From: Escherichia coli | GTDB taxonomy: Bacteria > Pseudomonadota > Gammaproteobacteria > Enterobacterales > Enterobacteriaceae | Length of the DNA stretch: 64,000 nt | Assembly (NCBI RefSeq): GCF_003019035.1 | Contig: NZ_CP027447.1 | Direction: 5' to 3' (one strand) | In this document: positions 59,248 through 64,000 of the stretch, in pieces | Layout of the letters: each line of letters opens with the position of its first letter | Position numbering within the stretch: position 1 is the stretch's first letter | The notes under the pieces: model-generated | Told to the model about the DNA's origin: nothing | What the model saw: only the letters and a program-made list of their open reading frames with translations | The model's database searches: none | Position numbers and translations under genes: made by a program

Positions 59248-61101
59248 TTACATCTTCTCCAGCAACTTCTTCACATCTTTGCCATTGCGGGAATCTTTAT
59301 TCCGCTCGGCCCAGTCATTCAGGCGACGTTTCGCTTCGTCCTGTAGATGTTTGCGCAGTAACTGATCCACTTGCAGGCTGTAATTGAGTTGCTGCCAGTT
59401 GCCATAAACCCGCAGCGGTACTGGCGTTTCTTTGAGGAAATCAATCAGTTTGCTTTCTCCGTTCCAGCCACCAATCACACGAATGTCAAACTGGGTGTCG
59501 CAGGTTTGATCTGCCAGATTCAACATGCCTTCCCCTGTCAGCGCCAGCACTGGCGATTGACCTTGCATGTCGTTTAACGTCACGACGCCATCCTTCAACG
59601 TCAAATCGGTGGTAAAGCGGTCAAGACGCGTTACGTTATCGAAGTTTTCAGCGGCCTTCACATCACCACCATTACGTTCTACCGCTTGCTGAATCATCTG
59701 CTGGAAGTTCATCCCTTCCATGCGTGTGTCGGTCATTTCGACATGTGCCTGTCCTTGCCAGTTGTGGCGGAATGCGTCGGCATCTATGTCAGCACCGGAG
59801 AAATCACCAGCCAGTGACATCTTTCCAGTCAACGAAATCGGATAGTTAAACGCCTTCAGAATGGTGCCAATCTCAACGTTTTCCAGCCGTGGCTGGAAGT
59901 TTATCCGCGGATTTATTGATGTCGCGTCCAGCGTGCCCGGCAGCGAAACCTGTCCACCGTTAAGCTTGCCCTGCAGTTGAGTAATTTCCAGCAAACCCGA
60001 CTTGTTGGTCATTTGCGTGGAAACATCTGTAAAATTCATTCCGCGCCAGCGCACGTTACTGGCCTGCAACAAAATATCAGCCGTAAAGCCTTGCAATCCC
60101 TGATAGGCCGGTTCATCAATACGCGAAGAAATGACCGGGCGCGGCAACGTGGATTGGCTCTGCCCTTGCTGCGCGGCACCGTTTTCACCGTTCGCTGTTT
60201 CTTTAAGCGGGATGAGGTTGTCAAGATTCAGTTGCGGGAATTGCAGTCTCAGCTGCCATTCCGGTTTCTCTGTCAGCGTGACCTGTGCTTGCCCGCTCAG
60301 CGTACTGTCATTGGCGGTCAAACTAATTTGGTTAAATGAAAGGCGTTTATGTGACTCCTGCCACTGGGCCTGGAAACTCCCCTGCCCCTGAATACCTTGT
60401 TTTGGTAAATCTGCACCCTGCAACTGCCAGTTAATTTGTTCAATAGCCGCCGTTAAATCATGCGGATAATCAGAAGCATCTACCGTACCGTTAAGGGATA
60501 TCGTGAGGTCGCGCTGATCGCGATTAACCCGCCCGGAGAACTCAAATGAGCCACGATGTTGGGGATCTTGTTCCATTTGCAGGCGGATATTGCGGATTGT
60601 CACCTGCTCGTCATCTTCATGCTGGAACACCAGCACGCTGTCCGCCATCTTAAGACTGGATATATCAAACGACCATCCGCGATCGTCTGACAGATCCGGC
60701 AAGGTATTGTCGCGCGGTGCAACCGGAGCGTCTTCACTGCGCACCGCTTCCGTCTGCGGCGTCAGTTGGATCACTGCCCCTTTTAGCATCACCTGCTTAA
60801 CGCTCAGTTGATGACTCAGTAGTGGTAAAAGCGCCACGTCCAGACGCATGTTGTCGGCGCGAACCAGTGGCTGGCTCGCGCCCTGGGCGGTGAGAGACAT
60901 TCGCCCGGAGAGGATACTAAGCTGCGGCCAGACGTGCCAACGCAGTGGCCCGTCGAGCTGCAATTGATAACCGCTACGTGCAGCAACTTGCTTGACCATA
61001 TAGTCGCGGAAATCATTCGGATTCACCAGCAACACTAACGCAGATAACCCGGCCACCAGCACGACCAGGAGTATCATCAGCGTCGTCAGAAATCGTCTCA
61101 T
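59248..61101 (-). CDS. asmA: AsmA (outer-membrane assembly / AsmA-family protein)
   Basis: 617 aa, N-terminal signal-anchor (MRRFLTTLMILLVVLVAGLSALVL). Confidence 0.85.
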   Translation of the reverse strand: MRRFLTTLMILLVVLVAGLSALVLLVNPNDFRDYMVKQVAARSGYQLQLDGPLRWHVWPQLSILSGRMSLTAQGASQPLVRADNMRLDVALLPLLSHQLSVKQVMLKGAVIQLTPQTEAVRSEDAPVAPRDNTLPDLSDDRGWSFDISSLKMADSVLVFQHEDDEQVTIRNIRLQMEQDPQHRGSFEFSGRVNRDQRDLTISLNGTVDASDYPHDLTAAIEQINWQLQGADLPKQGIQGQGSFQAQWQESHKRLSFNQISLTANDSTLSGQAQVTLTEKPEWQLRLQFPQLNLDNLIPLKETANGENGAAQQGQSQSTLPRPVISSRIDEPAYQGLQGFTADILLQASNVRWRGMNFTDVSTQMTNKSGLLEITQLQGKLNGGQVSLPGTLDATSINPRINFQPRLENVEIGTILKAFNYPISLTGKMSLAGDFSGADIDADAFRHNWQGQAHVEMTDTRMEGMNFQQMIQQAVERNGGDVKAAENFDNVTRLDRFTTDLTLKDGVVTLNDMQGQSPVLALTGEGMLNLADQTCDTQFDIRVIGGWNGESKLIDFLKETPVPLRVYGNWQQLNYSLQVDQLLRKHLQDEAKRRLNDWAERNKDSRNGKDVKKLLEKM

Positions 61102-61122
61102 GGTATCCTCAATGGGCCTGAA

Positions 61123-61704
61123 TTAGTCTTTATCGATTCGGCTGGCTACCGCGCCCTGCTGGTTGCGATATTTCGCATCTTCACGGCGGTTGTAAGGTCG
61201 CGCCGCCGGGCCGGAAAGCGGCTCAAAGCTCAGCGCACCAATTAACATGCCCGGACGCAGCGCCAGCGGCAGCTTACCGGAGTTGTAGAACTCCAGCACA
61301 ATGCAGCCAGACCAGCCCGGATCGATACGGTGCGCGGTGACGTGCACCATCAGCCCCAGACGCGCCAGTGAAGAACGCCCGTCCAGCCAGCCCACCAGAT
61401 CGGCTGGCAGCGTCACCGACTCCAGCGTCACCGCCAGCGCCAGCTCTCCTGGGTGAAGATAGAACGCCTCGCTTTCATCGAGAACGATCTCATCGCTCAT
61501 CACGCGGTCAAGCGCGGCGCTCACTTCATCTTTGGGACCGCTCAGATCGATAAACGCTGCCGTGTGACCACGGAAGGTACGAAATTTATTGCCCAGGCGC
61601 ACATCCACCGTCGCGCCGTTAATACGCTCCACTGGCGGACGTGGGTTGATCGACAAACGGCCTTCATCAAGCCAGGCTTCAATATCTCGGTCACACAGAC
61701 GCAT
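61123..61704 (-). CDS. dcd: dCTP deaminase
   Basis: 193 aa, [19 protein letters not shown]... Confidence 0.9.
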   Translation of the reverse strand: MRLCDRDIEAWLDEGRLSINPRPPVERINGATVDVRLGNKFRTFRGHTAAFIDLSGPKDEVSAALDRVMSDEIVLDESEAFYLHPGELALAVTLESVTLPADLVGWLDGRSSLARLGLMVHVTAHRIDPGWSGCIVLEFYNSGKLPLALRPGMLIGALSFEPLSGPAARPYNRREDAKYRNQQGAVASRIDKD

Positions 61705-61795
61705 GGCATTTTCTCCTTTCGCGCATCACTCCCTTAACGCCAATTACGTCAAGGGCATACCAGGTTATCACTGAACGGTACACAATTTATCAAGC

Positions 61796-62437
61796 TTATT
61801 CAAAGAACTGACTTATTTTCGCTTTCAATATATCGATGGCGATGCGGTTTTTCCCGCCGCGCGGCACGATAATGTCCGCATATTGTTTAGAAGGCTCAAT
61901 GAATTGCAGGAACATCGGACGCACGGTTTTTTGATATTGCGCCATCACTGAATCCATTGAACGCCCACGCTCGTTAACGTCACGCTTAATGCGGCGCATC
62001 AGGCAGATATCCAGCGGGGTATCAACGAAAATGGAGAAGTTAAGTTCGTCACGCAAACGCGCATCTGTCAGCAACAAAATGCCTTCGAGAATGATGACCT
62101 TCTTCGGCTCAACCGTCACCGTTTCTTTCATACGCGTATGTTCAACATAGCTGTAAACCGGCAGGTCAATTGCCGAGCCGCGTTTCAACGCTTGTAAATG
62201 CTCAAGCAGCAGGCTGTGATCCATCGCGCTGGGATGGTCGTAGTTGGTCTTAACGCGTTCTTCCATCGACAGATGGCTTTGATCTTTGTAATAGCAGTCT
62301 TCGGGAATTACGCCGATGTGTTCATCACCGACTTGCTCACGTAATTCACGATAAAGGGTACTGGCAATAAGACTCTTGCCGGAAGCCGATGCGCCAGCGA
62401 TACCGATAATGACGCACTGATGAGACTGATCAGTCAT
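61796..62437 (-). CDS. udk: uridine/cytidine kinase
   Basis: 213 aa from [22 protein letters not shown] (Walker A). Confidence 0.9.
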
Positions 62438-62754
62438 ATATTTAGCGACCTGATTAACCTGGATGTTAGGAAGGGGGCGACGAAGCGCCAAACGCGGCAA
62501 TTATAGGGATTTCATCCGCCTGATACCAGTCGAATAGCGTTGCCGCGCGCTCAGAGTTAATTGTTGACGAAGAATTCCCGGTGGCAAATTACGTTGATCA
62601 GTTTTATACAAGGTAAAAATTGTTATACGCAGTTGCGCAAATTATCCGCCTTTACGTCACTTTATGAGCAATTCGCATATAAAATGTAAAACTTTTGTAC
62701 TAGCATAAACACAGAAACGAATACTGGCGACCTGGCCTTGCGGATAAAGCGGTA

Positions 62755-64000
62755 ATGAGCAAACAATCACAGCATGTATTAATTGCCCTGCCCCACCCGC
62801 TGCTTCACCTGGTCAGTTTAGGTTTAGTCTCGTTTATCTTCACCCTTTTCTCACTTGAGCTTTCGCAGTTTGGCACCCAACTCGCCCCACTGTGGTTCCC
62901 GACGTCCATCATGATGGTGGCGTTTTATCGCCATGCCGGGCGCATGTGGCCGGGGATTGCGCTGAGCTGCTCGCTGGGAAATATCGCCGCATCCATCCTG
63001 CTTTTTTCCACCAGCTCGCTGAACATGACCTGGACGACCATCAATATTGTTGAAGCCGTGGTCGGGGCAGTGCTACTGCGTAAATTGCTGCCGTGGTATA
63101 ACCCATTGCAAAATCTGGCTGACTGGCTGCGTCTGGCACTCGGCAGCGCCATTGTTCCACCTCTGTTAGGGGGTGTTCTGGTTATCCTGCTGACGCCCGG
63201 AGACGATCCTCTCAGGGCATTTTTGATATGGGTACTGTCAGAATCCATCGGCGCACTGGCACTGGTGCCGCTGGGATTGTTATTTAAACCACACTATCTG
63301 CTGCGCCATCGCAACCCACGGTTGCTTTTTGAGTCGCTGCTCACGTTAGCCATCACACTGACGTTAAGCTGGCTTTCGATGCTGTATCTGCCGTGGCCTT
63401 TTACTTTCATTATTGTGCTGTTGATGTGGAGCGCCGTGCGCCTGCCACGAATGGAAGCCTTTTTGATCTTCCTTACCACGGTGATGATGGTGTCACTGAT
63501 GATGGCCGCGGATCCCTCCCTGCTTGCTACGCCGCGTACATACCTGATGAGCCATATGCCGTGGCTACCGTTTTTGCTGATCCTGCTGCCCGCCAACATC
63601 ATGACCATGGTGATGTATGCCTTTCGTGCGGAACGCAAACACATTTCCGAAAGCGAAACCCGTTTTCGTAACGCCATGGAATATTCCGCCATCGGCATGG
63701 CATTAGTGGGCACCGAGGGGCAATGGCTGCAATCCAACAAAGCACTCTGCCAGTTTCTCGGTTACAGTCAGGAAGAGCTGCGCGGACTCACCTTTCAGCA
63801 ACTGACCTGGCCGGAGGATCTCAATAAAGATCTGCAACAGGTTGAAAAGCTGATCAGCGGTGAAATAAACACCTATTCAATGGAAAAACGCTACTACAAC
63901 CGCAATGGCGATGTTGTCTGGGCGTTGCTTGCCGTCTCACTGGTGCGCCACACCGATGGTACGCCGCTCTATTTTATCGCTCAGATTGAAGACATTAACG
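62755..64000 (+). CDS. dgcE: diguanylate cyclase DgcE (YegE), 5' portion only (MASE1 membrane domain plus start of PAS); runs off the window end
   Basis: open frame from the ATG at 62755 (MSKQSQHVLIALPHPLLHLV...) with no stop to 64000; absent from the ORF track only because it is not terminated in the window. Confidence 0.8.
   Translation, partial: MSKQSQHVLIALPHPLLHLVSLGLVSFIFTLFSLELSQFGTQLAPLWFPTSIMMVAFYRHAGRMWPGIALSCSLGNIAASILLFSTSSLNMTWTTINIVEAVVGAVLLRKLLPWYNPLQNLADWLRLALGSAIVPPLLGGVLVILLTPGDDPLRAFLIWVLSESIGALALVPLGLLFKPHYLLRHRNPRLLFESLLTLAITLTLSWLSMLYLPWPFTFIIVLLMWSAVRLPRMEAFLIFLTTVMMVSLMMAADPSLLATPRTYLMSHMPWLPFLLILLPANIMTMVMYAFRAERKHISESETRFRNAMEYSAIGMALVGTEGQWLQSNKALCQFLGYSQEELRGLTFQQLTWPEDLNKDLQQVEKLISGEINTYSMEKRYYNRNGDVVWALLAVSLVRHTDGTPLYFIAQIEDIN

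Overview
This window reads as an Escherichia coli-type chromosomal segment (non-K-12 arrangement) covering the his region and the two large surface-polysaccharide loci. In order: yeeD-yeeE-plaP(yeeF)-yeeY-yeeZ (all minus strand); the his promoter, leader peptide hisL with attenuator, and hisGDCBHAF-I (plus); an IS200-family insertion; wzzB-ugd-gnd (minus); a visibly AT-rich O-antigen gene cluster between gnd and galF (rfbBDAC, wzx, wzy, four putative glycosyltransferases including one unassignable ORF, and its own gmd-fcl-gmm-manC-manB set); galF; the complete 20-gene colanic acid cluster wza-wzb-wzc-wcaABCDEF-gmd-fcl-gmm-wcaI-cpsB-cpsG-wcaJ-wzxC-wcaKLM (minus); yegH; a small overlapping toxin-antitoxin-like gene pair; asmA-dcd-udk (minus); and the 5' part of dgcE/yegE running off the window end. 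Gene calls rest on my recognition of the translated ORFs and conserved motifs; no database search was run. I do not see an obviously unprecedented system such as a defence island. The strain-variable, most interesting parts are the O-antigen cluster (serogroup not assignable by eye, one ORF of unknown family), the IS200 insertion next to wzzB, the HigB/HigA-like pair between yegH and asmA, and the apparent absence of yefM-yoeB upstream of hisL. Coordinates of non-coding elements are hand-counted and may be off by a few bases.
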